Positions 28,542 through 40,440 are shown, counted from the first letter of the whole stretch. The stretch: DNA of 61,524 nt, filler included, from Nitrospiraceae bacterium (GCA_002726235.1; 3 parts of 3 records of this genome joined end to end with filler, not necessarily neighbours in it), one strand, 5' to 3'. A program made the numbers and translations. Notes: generated by a model from the letters alone, not told the origin.

Positions 28542-30026
<1,485 letters not shown>

Positions 30027-30260
30027 TCAGCGTTTTTCGTAGGGCATCAACCTAACATAGGGATGTAACATGGTCAAGGTCGACAAAAGCCATAACATGT
30101 CAGGATCTGGCATTAAATATTGACATTCAAGGATTCATTGTTGCTTACGTGGTGTCGATACGATTTCCGATGCAATAAACCAATGCAAGTGCTCTTTGCG
30201 AGCTTTCTTGACAGGGTCTAGGCCCTATGGTAGCGTCGCTGATTCACTTAAAAAGGAGTA

Positions 30261-31409
30261 GTGAGTATGCAGAAACGTTACCTGTTTGCGCCCGGACCAA
30301 CCCAAGTGCCTCCGGAGGTGTTGTTGGCGATGGCAAGTCCGATGATTCATCACCGGGCTCCAGATTTTGTTGAGTTGTTTGAGCAGGTTCAGGCCGATCT
30401 CCAGTGGCTGTTTCAGACCACGAATGACGTGTTGGTTTTGGCTTCCTCTGGCACAGGAGGGATGGAAGGATCAGTCGCAAACTTCCTGTCACCTGGCGAC
30501 AAAGCGATCGTGGTCAACATGGGAAAGTTTGGAGAGCGCTGGGGTAAAATTTGTAAATCCTTTGGTGTTGTCGTCGACGAAATTACGGTGGAATGGGGGT
30601 ATGCCGTCGATCCCAAGCAGATCATCGATGCGCTGAAGAAGAACCCTGATACCAAAGCCGTCTTTATTCAGGCTAGTGAGACATCAACTGGGGTTGCCAA
30701 CGATACACAGGCCATTGCCGATATTATTCGCCCCCTTGCGGACACAATTCTTGTGGTTGATGCGATTACCGCTTTGGGCGTATTGGACATTCGCACAGAT
30801 GCATGGGGTATTGATGTTGTCGTGACAGGGTCGCAGAAAGCGTTGATGCTTCCTCCCGGCTTGGCGTTCGTGAGTATTAGCGAGAAAGCGTGGGCACTCG
30901 CGGACAAGGCGAACAATGTTTTTTACTACAACTTTAAGAAGGAAGCTGAATCGCAACGCAAACAACAGACGGCCTTTACGCCTGCAGTGAGTCTGATTGT
31001 TGGCTTGAAAGAAGCGTTACGGATGTTGAAAGCGGAGGGGCTGGAGAACATTTTCTTGCGTCACGTGCGCCTTGCCAATGCTATGCGAGAAGGGGTGAAG
31101 GCAACGGGTCTTTCCATTTTTCCCAAGGAGTGCCCAAGCAACGCGCTAACGGCAATTCAAGCGCCTGATGGCATTGATGGGCAGAAGGTTTATTCTCGGT
31201 TACGCCAGTCCTATGGGGTGACTGCTGCTGGAGGTCAGGATCATCTTAAGGGAAAGATCTTTCGGATTGCACATATGGGGTATGTTGACACCTTTGACGT
31301 TATCATGGCCCTTTCTGCGGTCGAGATGGTTTTAAAGGATCTCGGTCACCCCGTGTTGCTAGGTGCTGGGGTGGGTAAGGCCGAAGAACTGCTCAGGAAG
31401 CCGATATGA
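30261..31409 (+). CDS. Class V PLP aminotransferase (alanine-glyoxylate/serine-pyruvate type; probable phosphoserine aminotransferase role)
   Basis: PGPT, SSGTGGME, ETSTGV, VDAIT, GSQKALMLPPG, RIAHMG; overlaps serA. Confidence 0.88.
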   Translation: MSMQKRYLFAPGPTQVPPEVLLAMASPMIHHRAPDFVELFEQVQADLQWLFQTTNDVLVLASSGTGGMEGSVANFLSPGDKAIVVNMGKFGERWGKICKSFGVVVDEITVEWGYAVDPKQIIDALKKNPDTKAVFIQASETSTGVANDTQAIADIIRPLADTILVVDAITALGVLDIRTDAWGIDVVVTGSQKALMLPPGLAFVSISEKAWALADKANNVFYYNFKKEAESQRKQQTAFTPAVSLIVGLKEALRMLKAEGLENIFLRHVRLANAMREGVKATGLSIFPKECPSNALTAIQAPDGIDGQKVYSRLRQSYGVTAAGGQDHLKGKIFRIAHMGYVDTFDVIMALSAVEMVLKDLGHPVLLGAGVGKAEELLRKPI

Positions 31410-32986
31410 AGGTTCTGATTAGTGATGTGCTCTCAGAGAATGGCGTCAAAATTCTCCGAGATTCTGGGCTGGATGTCGATGTGAATACTAAGCTTTCGAA
31501 CGAAGAGTTGCAGGGGAAAATTGCACAATACAACGGACTCGTGATCCGTTCGGCGACCAAAGTAAATGCGAAGGTGATTGAAGCCGCAACTAACTTAAAA
31601 GTGGTTGGGCGTGCAGGGAGTGGGGTAGATAATGTGGATCTTCCCGCGGCGACGAAGCGTGGGATTGTCGTGATGAATACTCCAGGAGGTAATACCATTA
31701 CCACAGCGGAACACGCCTTTGCCATGATGTTGTCGCTTGCCAGAAAAATTCCTCAGGCGACAGCCTCCATGAAAGCGGGCAAGTGGGAAAAGTCCAAGTT
31801 TATGGGGATGGAACTGCAGGAGAAAGTTCTGGGCATTGTCGGGCTTGGGCAGATCGGTAGCTATTTGGTCAAGCTTGCACAAGGGGCTTCGATGAAAGTT
31901 ATTGCGAATGACCCCTATTTGGCTGAGGATCGTGCGCATGAGATGGGTGTTGAACTCGTCGGGCTTTCTGAACTGTATCGTCGGGCTGATATTCTTTCGC
32001 TGCATACCACCATGACCAACGAAACCAAGCATATGATTGGCGTGGAGGCGATAAGCCAGATGAAAGATGGCGTGAGGATTGTGAATTGCGCGCGAGGTGG
32101 GCTTGTTGACGAGAATGCTCTTGTGGAAGCCCTGACCTCTGGGAAGGTTGCTGGAGCTGCGTTCGATGTGTTTGAGAAAGAACCGTGCGCTCCCGATCAT
32201 CCGTTACTTGGGCTTGACAATATGATCCTCACACCGCATATCGGAGCATCGACTGTCGAGGCTCAAGAGAGCGTCGCGATCAGTATCGCTGAGCAGGTGG
32301 TGGAATATCTCACTCGTGGGGTGGCACGTGGTGCCGTGAATATGCCCTCGGCTCCGGTTGAATTGTTGCAGCGTATCCAGCCTTACTCAGCACTTGCCGA
32401 AAAGCTTGGGGCGCTTCAGTCACAACTTTGTGACGGTGGGATTGAGCGCGTAACAATAGAATACAAAGGCGATGTCGCAAATGAGTCAGTTGCGCTGATT
32501 ACCCCTGCATTACTCAAGGGTCTTCTTGCACCGATTCTCGAAGATACGGTGAACAGCGTGAACGCGCCTGTAATTGCGAAGGAACGAGGCATTGAGGTGA
32601 AAGAGGTCCGAAGTCGTGATGCTGGTGACTTCACTAGCCTTATCCGAGTCGTGGTTGACGCGGCAAAGAAGAGTGCGACGGTGGCAGGGACGCTGTTTGG
32701 AAGGAAAGACCCTCGGATAGTTGAGGTGAACCGCTTCGAGGTTGACTTTGATCCCCGCGGCCACCTACTTTTCATCTTGAATGAGGATCAACCTGGGGTG
32801 ATCGGGATGGTTGGTCGCATCGTCGGTGAACATGGGATTAATATTGCGCGTATGGAATGTGCTCGAGTGGGCCAAGGCGGGGTCGCTCTCTTGATTCTTA
32901 GTCTGGACAGTCAGGCGCCGGATGCTGTTCTTGACGCGATCAGGAACGGTACGAACATTCAATTTGCCAAATGCCTTCAACTGTAG
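31406..32986 (+). CDS. serA: D-3-phosphoglycerate dehydrogenase
   Basis: GRAGSGVDNVD, GLGQIG, NCARGG, TPHIGAST, C-terminal ASB and ACT domains. Confidence 0.96.
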   Translation: MKVLISDVLSENGVKILRDSGLDVDVNTKLSNEELQGKIAQYNGLVIRSATKVNAKVIEAATNLKVVGRAGSGVDNVDLPAATKRGIVVMNTPGGNTITTAEHAFAMMLSLARKIPQATASMKAGKWEKSKFMGMELQEKVLGIVGLGQIGSYLVKLAQGASMKVIANDPYLAEDRAHEMGVELVGLSELYRRADILSLHTTMTNETKHMIGVEAISQMKDGVRIVNCARGGLVDENALVEALTSGKVAGAAFDVFEKEPCAPDHPLLGLDNMILTPHIGASTVEAQESVAISIAEQVVEYLTRGVARGAVNMPSAPVELLQRIQPYSALAEKLGALQSQLCDGGIERVTIEYKGDVANESVALITPALLKGLLAPILEDTVNSVNAPVIAKERGIEVKEVRSRDAGDFTSLIRVVVDAAKKSATVAGTLFGRKDPRIVEVNRFEVDFDPRGHLLFILNEDQPGVIGMVGRIVGEHGINIARMECARVGQGGVALLILSLDSQAPDAVLDAIRNGTNIQFAKCLQL

Positions 32987-33990
32987 TGATTCAGCACGAC
33001 GAGATGGAGTCAGTTGCAAGAAGTAAAACTCCTCCGGGGATGACTGCCATGCTTCCTCCGGATGCGGCGAAAAAACGGAAGACAGAGGACATCATCCTTT
33101 CGGTCTTTCAGAAGTGGGGGTTTCAAGAGGTCGTCCCCCCTGCGTTCGAATACTTGGATGTGTTTTCTGGGGGATTAGGGGATGACCTTATCGAAAAAGG
33201 GTACAAAGTGCTTGACCGCTGGAACGGTCGGGATTTGATCCTTCGCCCTGATGTGACTCCGCAAATTGCACGGATGGTAGCGATGGGTATGTTTGCCGAT
33301 GTTCGCCCCCTTCGTCTTTGTTACAGTGCTCCTGTTTATCGATATGATTCTGATCACGCGGGGCGGAACCGGGAGATCTTTCAAATCGGTGCTGAACTAA
33401 TCGGCTTGGAAAGCGCCGCGGCTGATGCCGAAATGATTGCGGTTGCGATTGCCTGTCTTCGCGAACTTGGGCTCACCAAGTTTACCCTGACGATTGGGCA
33501 AGGCGAGTTTTTCAATACACTTCTTTCAAAAGCATCAATCTCGGACACGGTCAAATGGCAGCTAAGATGGGCGGCGGCGAAGAAGAATTTGACGAGGCTT
33601 GAGGAAATCCTCTCTGAAGCGGAGGTTCCACAATCATTAACCGATATTGTTCTTGCGGTGCCAAATTTGTTTGGGCATGAGCATGTTATCGACAAAGCCG
33701 CTTCGATAGCAGGGCACTGGGATGATTCTCTTGCCGCGCTTGATCGGATCAGAGAAGTTTGCGGTTTGCTTGCGAAGGCAGGTCACGGCGAACATATTCT
33801 TGTGGATCTTGGCGAGATCCGCGCTTTCGACTACTATACCGGACTGGTGTTCAACATCTTCATTGAAGGGAGTGGATGGGAACTAGGGGGTGGGGGCCGG
33901 TATGATCACCTCGTCGGGTGTTTCGGGTCCGAATGTCCCTCGACGGGGTTTGCCTTTGATCTGGGGCGGTTATTCCGGCTTCTTGCGTAG
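32971..33990 (+). CDS. hisZ: ATP phosphoribosyltransferase regulatory subunit (HisRS-like); start uncertain
   Basis: LRPDVTPQIAR, REIFQIGAELIG, YYTGLVF, GGGRYDHL, TGFAFDL; no anticodon-binding domain. Confidence 0.88.
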   Translation: MPSTVVIQHDEMESVARSKTPPGMTAMLPPDAAKKRKTEDIILSVFQKWGFQEVVPPAFEYLDVFSGGLGDDLIEKGYKVLDRWNGRDLILRPDVTPQIARMVAMGMFADVRPLRLCYSAPVYRYDSDHAGRNREIFQIGAELIGLESAAADAEMIAVAIACLRELGLTKFTLTIGQGEFFNTLLSKASISDTVKWQLRWAAAKKNLTRLEEILSEAEVPQSLTDIVLAVPNLFGHEHVIDKAASIAGHWDDSLAALDRIREVCGLLAKAGHGEHILVDLGEIRAFDYYTGLVFNIFIEGSGWELGGGGRYDHLVGCFGSECPSTGFAFDLGRLFRLLA

Positions 33991-34050
33991 GGTAGTCGCA
34001 CCCTACCTTTCAATAGGCGCAAACGTGTCGTTGCAGTTCCTGTTATTTCG

Positions 34051-35397
34051 ATGGCGTTGATTGACGGGTCGGTCGAAAAACTGCCTCCACAAAGTCTTGA
34101 GGCCGAGCAATCGGTTCTTGGGGCTATTCTTCTTGACAATCAGTCTCTGAACAAATCCATTGAGATCCTCTCGCAGGACGATTTTTATCGCGAGGCTCAC
34201 CGCAAGATTTTTCTCGGGATGCTTGACCTGTCTGAGCGTAACGAGGCCATAGATCTGATTACGCTCTCAGAACACCTTAAGCAAAAGAATGTTCTTGAGG
34301 AGGTTGGAGGTTTTGGCTATCTCGCCTCGCTGGTGCAATCTATTCCCACTGCCGCTAATATTCAATACCACTCCAAAATCGTTCATGAAAAAGGGGTGCT
34401 GCGTGATCTGATTCAAGTGTCAACCGAGATCGTGACCCAAGGATTGGAAGGAGGCCGCAATGCAGACGAGTTGCTAGATCAAGCGGAACAAAAGATCTTT
34501 AGCATCTCGCAAGCCAGTCATCGACGTTCGTTTGTTCCACTCAAAGATGTGGTTACATCTGGGTTTCACCTGATCGAGGAACTTTATGGGAAGAAGTCGG
34601 AGATTACCGGAATCCCATCGGGGTTTATCGATTTAGATACTAAGACGGCAGGCTTTCAGCCGTCTGATTTGATCGTGATTGCTGGGCGACCAAGCATGGG
34701 AAAGACCAGCCTTGCATTGGGCGCAGCGCTTCATGCTGCCGTCCATAATGACTCGGTGGTTGCGGTGTTTAGCTTGGAGATGTCAAAGGAACAGCTTGTC
34801 CTTCGAATGTTGAGTTCTGAAGGAGGTGTTGATTCTCATCATATTCGGACGGGGCAACTGGAGCGAGAGGAATTTCATAAGATTGTTGATGCCGCAGGTA
34901 GACTGAGTGCGGCGAAAATATTTATTGACGATAGCGGAGTGCTCTCGGCGTTAGAAATGCGTGCAAAGGCCCGTCGATTAAAGAGCGAGGCGGGTTTGGA
35001 TATGGTGATTGTAGACTATCTTCAGCTCATGCGAGGGCGTTCGAATGCCGAAAGCCGCCAGCAAGAGATCTCGGATATTTCTCGCTCTCTGAAGGCGTTG
35101 GCAAAGGAATTAAACGTCCCAGTTATTGCGTTGTCACAGTTGAGTCGCGCTGTTGAAAGTCGCAAACCGCCTCGACCTCTTCTGGCAGATCTCCGTGAGT
35201 CGGGTGCGATTGAACAAGATGCTGATCTTGTCATCTTTATTTACCGTGAAGATCAGTACTATCCTGAATCTTCAGAAAAACAAGGTATCGCCGAAATCAT
35301 CATTGGAAAGCATCGGAATGGACCAACTGGAGAACTGGAACTCACTTTCCGTGACCGCTTGGCCAAATTTGAAAACCTCTCTCATCGCGAAAGATAG
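34051..35397 (+). CDS. dnaB: Replicative DNA helicase
   Basis: PPQSLEAEQSVLG, AGRPSMGKT, FSLEMS, VDYLQLM, LSQLSR, DLRESGAIEQDAD, KHRNGPTG. Confidence 0.97.
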   Translation: MALIDGSVEKLPPQSLEAEQSVLGAILLDNQSLNKSIEILSQDDFYREAHRKIFLGMLDLSERNEAIDLITLSEHLKQKNVLEEVGGFGYLASLVQSIPTAANIQYHSKIVHEKGVLRDLIQVSTEIVTQGLEGGRNADELLDQAEQKIFSISQASHRRSFVPLKDVVTSGFHLIEELYGKKSEITGIPSGFIDLDTKTAGFQPSDLIVIAGRPSMGKTSLALGAALHAAVHNDSVVAVFSLEMSKEQLVLRMLSSEGGVDSHHIRTGQLEREEFHKIVDAAGRLSAAKIFIDDSGVLSALEMRAKARRLKSEAGLDMVIVDYLQLMRGRSNAESRQQEISDISRSLKALAKELNVPVIALSQLSRAVESRKPPRPLLADLRESGAIEQDADLVIFIYREDQYYPESSEKQGIAEIIIGKHRNGPTGELELTFRDRLAKFENLSHRER

Positions 35398-36016
35398 TCA
35401 TCGTGCGAAACTTTTTGCGCTAACCTCCCTTCTTCGTAACGTTTTTGACATCACCGCTTTTGCCTGAAGTGTCGTATTTCGAATACCAAGTGGTCGGATC
35501 ACGATACGAGGTTGCACAAACTGTGGAAGCAATGTTTCGCCTGAACTAGGATGTTATTGCACGAAGCGAATGCTGATCGAACGCTTACGTGCCCTATCTT
35601 GAACGAGTTGATCAACGGATTGAAACGGGAATAATGATTCCACTCAATGTACATGATTTTGTGGAATGATCAAGACTGGATTGTACTATTCCCACGCTGA
35701 ATAGCTATGGGATCTCAATGAAGTTAATTTTCGGGTCATTGGCATGTGGGTGATGCTACGATTGTGGTCTTACACCAATAGGGTTGTGGGGTTTTCAGCC
35801 ATGGCATTGTTGTGGTTCGGCAGCTTTGTGCGTAGGAGGGGAAGACGCTGGTGTAGTATTGGTTGTTATGGCCAACCATGTTGTAAATGTGTAAGCTGAG
35901 TTATAATCAGCCAGCTGAATCATGAAAACAATACATGTTTTGTCTGGCGTCAGAACACGATGAGGTTGATCTTCGGTGAGCGCTGGAATGGTGAGTACTG
36001 TAATTGGATAGCGTTG

Positions 36017-37786
36017 GTGAACAAAACCCTGCTTAGATTAGTCCGGACTCTCATTATCACACTGAGTCTTCCGTTCCTCGTGATTGCCTGCGCGGTGTCT
36101 CCCCAAGTCGTCAACATGACCGCTCAAGCTGTTCCGAGTCCGCTCCAGACAACACCAAATCTCGCTCCTCCTCAGCAACACGAAGCGTATTTTCAATTTA
36201 TGATGGCAGTCCGCGACGAGTTGTCCATGAATATTGATGCCGCAAAGGACAAGTACAGATTGGCTCTGGAGTCTGACCCGTCCTCTCCTTATCTCCACGC
36301 GAGATTAGCAGCACTTCATGTCGGACTGAAAGATCATGATAGGGCTATTGGCCATGTTGATGCCGCGCTAAAGGAACCTGAAATTGATGTGACTACACAA
36401 GTATTACTTGCCGATGTATTAGTCACAATCGGAGTTTTTGAGCGTGCGGCGAAACTCTACGATATCGTGATTCAACGTGATACTAAAAACCCGGATGTCT
36501 TCATAAAAAAAGGAGTTCTGCTTCTGAGTCTTAATAAACTTGATGCGGCCAAACAGGCGCTCCAACGAGGTGTTGACATTCGTCCAGACTTGCCGATCGC
36601 GTATTACCATCTTGGCCGTGTCGCGCTTGGTCAAGATGAGCCAGAGCGCGCCATTCAATATTTTGAACGGGCTATTTCTGGCAAACAGGATTTTCTTCCT
36701 GCATACCTAGCACTTGCAAGGGTCTACGAGGAGAGTGGTTCGGTTTCTGATGCTATTGAGATATATCGTACGGCACTCATGACGTTACGCGGATCTCCGT
36801 CGGTGCTACGGTCAGAATTGATTCGGCTTTACATCAAAGAACAGTCCTATGAGTCTGCGCTTGTGTTGCTTGAGGAAATCCTGCAGGAAAACCCTTCAAA
36901 TCTTGAGGCGACATTGAGAGTTGCTCTTCTCCACGTCGAACTAAAACAATTTGAAAAGGCGGTGTCTTATCTGGAGACGGTGGTTACTCATCGTCCGAGC
37001 GATGTGATGGCGCGGGACTATCTCGGCTTGATTTTTGAGGAGAGTGAGGCTTACGCGAAAGCGATCGAACAATATAAGCAGGTGCTTGCGATCGATGATA
37101 AATACCTCGATACGATCGTTCACTTGGGCCATCTCTATTACCGGATGAAAAATTTTGAGGAAGCAGTGCCTCTCTTGCAAAAAGCCGTACAGCTTGAGCC
37201 TCAGCGCATTGATTTGTATTTGGTTTTGGCGTTTGGCTTGACTCGATTGAAGCAATATCACGATGCTGTGGGTGTCTTAGAACGAGGTGTTGCTTTGGGC
37301 GAAGAGGTTCCTCATTTTCACTATCATCTTGGCATTGTTCATGAAAAACTTGATCAAGCAGATGAACTGATTTCCCATATGGAGAAAACTATTGACTTGG
37401 ACCCATCCCACTCCGATGCGTTGAATTTTCTTGGCTACTATTACGTTGAACAAGGGATTCGGCTTGATGAGGCGATGGGATTAATTCAACGTGCCGTCTC
37501 TCTCCAACCAGACAACGGATATTATGTTGATAGTCTTGCTTGGGCTCACTACAAAATGGGACAAACTCGGGAAGCTCTAGTGCAGCTCAAACGTGCGATT
37601 ATACTTGTTCCTGACGATCCTGTAATTGTGCAACACCTTGGGGAAGTCTATCTGACCTTGGGGAAGTGGGATGAGGCACGCAAGGCGTGGGAGCGATCGC
37701 TAGAGTTGGATCCAGAAAATCAGACGTTGCGCGATGCGTTTCAGAAACATGGTTTTGGGAACCCCATGGTGAAAGATGGTATTTGA
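36017..37786 (+). CDS. Tetratricopeptide-repeat lipoprotein
   Basis: Lipobox-like LVIAC, many TPR units, ALNFLGY...DSLAWAHY...HLGEVY C-terminal repeats; start uncertain (ORF open from 35960). Confidence 0.85.
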   Translation: MNKTLLRLVRTLIITLSLPFLVIACAVSPQVVNMTAQAVPSPLQTTPNLAPPQQHEAYFQFMMAVRDELSMNIDAAKDKYRLALESDPSSPYLHARLAALHVGLKDHDRAIGHVDAALKEPEIDVTTQVLLADVLVTIGVFERAAKLYDIVIQRDTKNPDVFIKKGVLLLSLNKLDAAKQALQRGVDIRPDLPIAYYHLGRVALGQDEPERAIQYFERAISGKQDFLPAYLALARVYEESGSVSDAIEIYRTALMTLRGSPSVLRSELIRLYIKEQSYESALVLLEEILQENPSNLEATLRVALLHVELKQFEKAVSYLETVVTHRPSDVMARDYLGLIFEESEAYAKAIEQYKQVLAIDDKYLDTIVHLGHLYYRMKNFEEAVPLLQKAVQLEPQRIDLYLVLAFGLTRLKQYHDAVGVLERGVALGEEVPHFHYHLGIVHEKLDQADELISHMEKTIDLDPSHSDALNFLGYYYVEQGIRLDEAMGLIQRAVSLQPDNGYYVDSLAWAHYKMGQTREALVQLKRAIILVPDDPVIVQHLGEVYLTLGKWDEARKAWERSLELDPENQTLRDAFQKHGFGNPMVKDGI

Positions 37787-37837
37787 TGTAGTAGTATTGT
37801 GGATGTCTTTATTAAAGAGGAAGATACGGTTGTGGAG

Positions 37838-38290
37838 ATGACGAAGTCGAACAACAAAGGCTTTACCTTGGTTGAGTTGATGATTGTCGTCGCGATCATA
37901 GGAATTTTAGCAGCCATTGCCATTCCGTACTTTCTGGAGTCTCAGGCCGAGGAAAAGCAGAGCGAGGCCAAGGACACTCTTAAGGACATCTATATTTCCC
38001 AACTTGCATATTTTGCTGAAAACGGCGTATACGGCAGCATGAATGAAATTGGGTATGTTCCCGAGGAAGGGGGGAGATACGAATTCAGCCTTGGTACCGT
38101 AGCCGAGAAAGTCGGAAATGCTGACGCCGACGCTTGTGACGCATCAGTGTCGTCCAAAACGGATGAAGCATTTATCGCAGAGGCATGCGCTAATATCGAT
38201 AGTGATAACTTTGTCGATCAATGGACAATAACCGATACTAATGTGCTAGCAAACCCAGCCAATGACGTTACGAACACAATAACGCCCTAG
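37838..38290 (+). CDS. Type IV pilin (PilA-like)
   Basis: Class III signal KGFTLVELMIVVAIIGILAAIAIP, KQSEAK, C-terminal Cys pair and NIDSD..D.W. Confidence 0.9.
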   Translation: MTKSNNKGFTLVELMIVVAIIGILAAIAIPYFLESQAEEKQSEAKDTLKDIYISQLAYFAENGVYGSMNEIGYVPEEGGRYEFSLGTVAEKVGNADADACDASVSSKTDEAFIAEACANIDSDNFVDQWTITDTNVLANPANDVTNTITP

Positions 38291-38407
38291 CGGTGGCAAT
38301 GGAAGGACTAAGAAACATCAGAAACAGGGTGGTGTTACATACTCGCATTTTAACGTGCCTCATTCCATGTAATCTGCCTTAGCAGATGCTTGAGATTCAG
38401 ATTTAAT

Positions 38408-38452
38408 TGGTGGGCCCACCAGGACTTGAACCTGGGACCAACTGATTATGAG
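38408..38452 (-). mobile_element. att site: duplicated 3' half of a CAT-anticodon tRNA (Ile2/Met)
   Basis: Minus strand CTCATAATCAGTTGGTCCCAGGTTCAAGTCCTGGTGGGCCCACCA; homology stops at the 5' edge of the anticodon loop and no D arm or 5' acceptor strand is present. Confidence 0.85.
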
Positions 38453-38570
38453 AACGTTTCAGTGTAGTAACCCCATGCAACATGGTATCACACTAGATCA
38501 CAGGAAGCTCAATGCTATCAAGGCGTTTCGTCGTTTCTTGTTGCACGGCGTGGCAAGGTGTAGTTTCGTC

Positions 38571-38623
38571 TAACCGTGACCTAAACCGGTATTTCTAGAG
38601 TCCAACCGTGACTCAAACCGTGA
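38571..38623. repeat. Putative integrase arm-type binding repeats
   Basis: TAACCGTGACCTAAACCGGT and CAACCGTGACTCAAACCGTGA direct repeats about 120-170 nt inside the att site. Confidence 0.55.
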
Positions 38624-38770
38624 TGTGATTTCCGAGTCTGTCTCGGCTACTTACCAAGTGCGGATAAAACTTAGTTGGCAAGTGGTGAGTATTGCGGTTG
38701 CCCCAGCCTGAGCGGCTTTGCTGCTGGCGACACGTTCCAGCATCGATGGGTCGCGGGTATCTGCCATCAG

Positions 38771-39553
38771 TTACTCTTGCTCGTTATCCTCAACGCGTGA
38801 CGACCGTTTATTGCTTCGTGATGCGGTTGTCTTCATGCTTATTCCTGCGGATTGCTTGCCCTTCACTTTCTCGCGTGTTGGCTTCTTAGTCTTCAGCTTC
38901 AACGCTGCCATGTCTTTCTTCGATGGCCGTCCGCTCTTGCCGAGGCGTTCCGGCGGCGTGCCGAGGTATTTCCTGGACGCGACGCGGCTCTGGCAGCTGG
39001 GTAGGCAATACCGTTGATTACTTCGTGTCGCAAGGAAAGCCTTTGCGCATTCCGGACACCGACGAATGCGGTGAGCGCACTCAGAGAGTGTGAGCCACAG
39101 ACCGTAGAGAAGTGCCCGCTCCGCATTTTCGCTTAATAACGCCTGTTTCCAGCCGTCTTCTGAGTAAGTGAGGCAAAAACGGCCCCTTCCGAAAAAAGGG
39201 ACAATGATGCTCTCCTTAGCAAGAATGCGCCCAACCCACATTTTCGCTTGATTTTGAAAACTTTCAACATGGCCATGTGCCGGAATCGGGCCGTCGTGCT
39301 GGGCCCAGTGGAGTAAGTCCCAGACATCAGATGTCGGGCTGTGTACCGATATGGCAAAGGCGGCAACTTCATATTGCAAGTCTTTGAATTCTTTGCTGCC
39401 AAGCCTACCAATGGAGCACGCGGCAAAATTGAGAATCCAATCGGCACGCTTTTCGTGAGACTTCCCAACGCGTCTTTGAGCCTGCAGACGCTCTTGTGTC
39501 ACGTGTTGAGATTCTGTCTCGGTGGGCACGGTTGGAATGAAACGGATGCTCAT
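38771..39553 (-). CDS. CGNR-type zinc-finger protein with basic tail (putative element regulator)
   Basis: RIRRCPECAKAF...QRYCLPSCQSR four-Cys finger; divergent from the excisionase. Confidence 0.65.
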   Translation of the reverse strand: MSIRFIPTVPTETESQHVTQERLQAQRRVGKSHEKRADWILNFAACSIGRLGSKEFKDLQYEVAAFAISVHSPTSDVWDLLHWAQHDGPIPAHGHVESFQNQAKMWVGRILAKESIIVPFFGRGRFCLTYSEDGWKQALLSENAERALLYGLWLTLSECAHRIRRCPECAKAFLATRSNQRYCLPSCQSRVASRKYLGTPPERLGKSGRPSKKDMAALKLKTKKPTREKVKGKQSAGISMKTTASRSNKRSSRVEDNEQE

Positions 39554-39711
39554 CTCAATAATTCCTCACGGCGAATTCACGAAATGTGCTTGGAATAGAT
39601 GATTAATTATTTATGTCCGGTTATGTACTAGCCATGCTTAATAAGATGTGGTAGAAGCATAACACGGACGAGGGGAATACCGCGAGAGTTTCTAACAAAC
39701 AGGAGGTGAAG

Positions 39712-39915
39712 ATGTCCAATCGAGTCCACGTCAAAGCACAAGAAATAGCACGCCGGTTTTCGATGTCGGTGGGCTCAGCCTACAAGCTGGCAAAACAAGG
39801 GATCATTCCTAGCATTCGTGTCGGGCCGAAAATGACAGGTATAAGATTCGATCCCGATGCCGTCGAAGAGGCGTTGCGCAGCAATACACGTGAAGCAGAT
39901 GGTACCGAGAAGTGA
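39712..39915 (+). CDS. Excisionase-like small HTH DNA-binding protein
   Basis: AQEIARRFSMSVGSAYKLAKQGIIPSIRVG...IRFDPDAVEEAL; AGGAGG RBS. Confidence 0.8.
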   Translation: MSNRVHVKAQEIARRFSMSVGSAYKLAKQGIIPSIRVGPKMTGIRFDPDAVEEALRSNTREADGTEK

Positions 39916-39966
39916 ACACATGCATCAACGTGCTGCTGCGGACATTCACCGTGGGCGATTCACGAG

Positions 39967-40440
39967 ATGATTATCGATAATCTCATTGTCAGGCTCGATG
40001 GTGTTCGACGATCTCCAAGTGGCTGGTTGGCCCGATGCCCAAGTCATGACGACACGAACCCGTCGCTCTCAATCCGCAAAGGGGACAAAGGCGTTTTGCT
40101 GCGCTGCTGGGTGGGATGCTCGATTGATGAAATCTGTGCCAGCATTGGCGTCGCCGTCCGGGACTTGTTCTATGACAATGCGCAACCATTTGACGCTGGC
40201 GCGCAACGTCAACGAAGCATGGAAAAAGCACTCAAGCAGAAACGAGCGAAAGCCAGGCTCATGGTTGACGCGAGGCGCATTGATTGTTTTCGTGAGGCAG
40301 ACGCGGTCATCAACACGGCCATCGGTGTTGATATTTCCACATGGAGTGATGAACAGCTAGAGACAGTGATGGAGGTTATCTCCGATGCCTGGCTGGTGCT
40401 TCGTGATGAAGAGCGAACAAAGATCGCCGATGCAGCCTGA
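39967..40440 (+). CDS. Primase-type zinc-binding domain protein
   Basis: ARCPSHDDTNPSLSI...LLRCWVGC...DLF motif; no TOPRIM domain seen. Confidence 0.75.
   Translation: MIIDNLIVRLDGVRRSPSGWLARCPSHDDTNPSLSIRKGDKGVLLRCWVGCSIDEICASIGVAVRDLFYDNAQPFDAGAQRQRSMEKALKQKRAKARLMVDARRIDCFREADAVINTAIGVDISTWSDEQLETVMEVISDAWLVLRDEERTKIADAA

Noticed and set aside
38408..38452. Functional or intron-split tRNA(CAT)
   Set aside because: No 5' half nearby; the whole anticodon loop is present in the fragment, which fits an att duplication rather than an intron junction.
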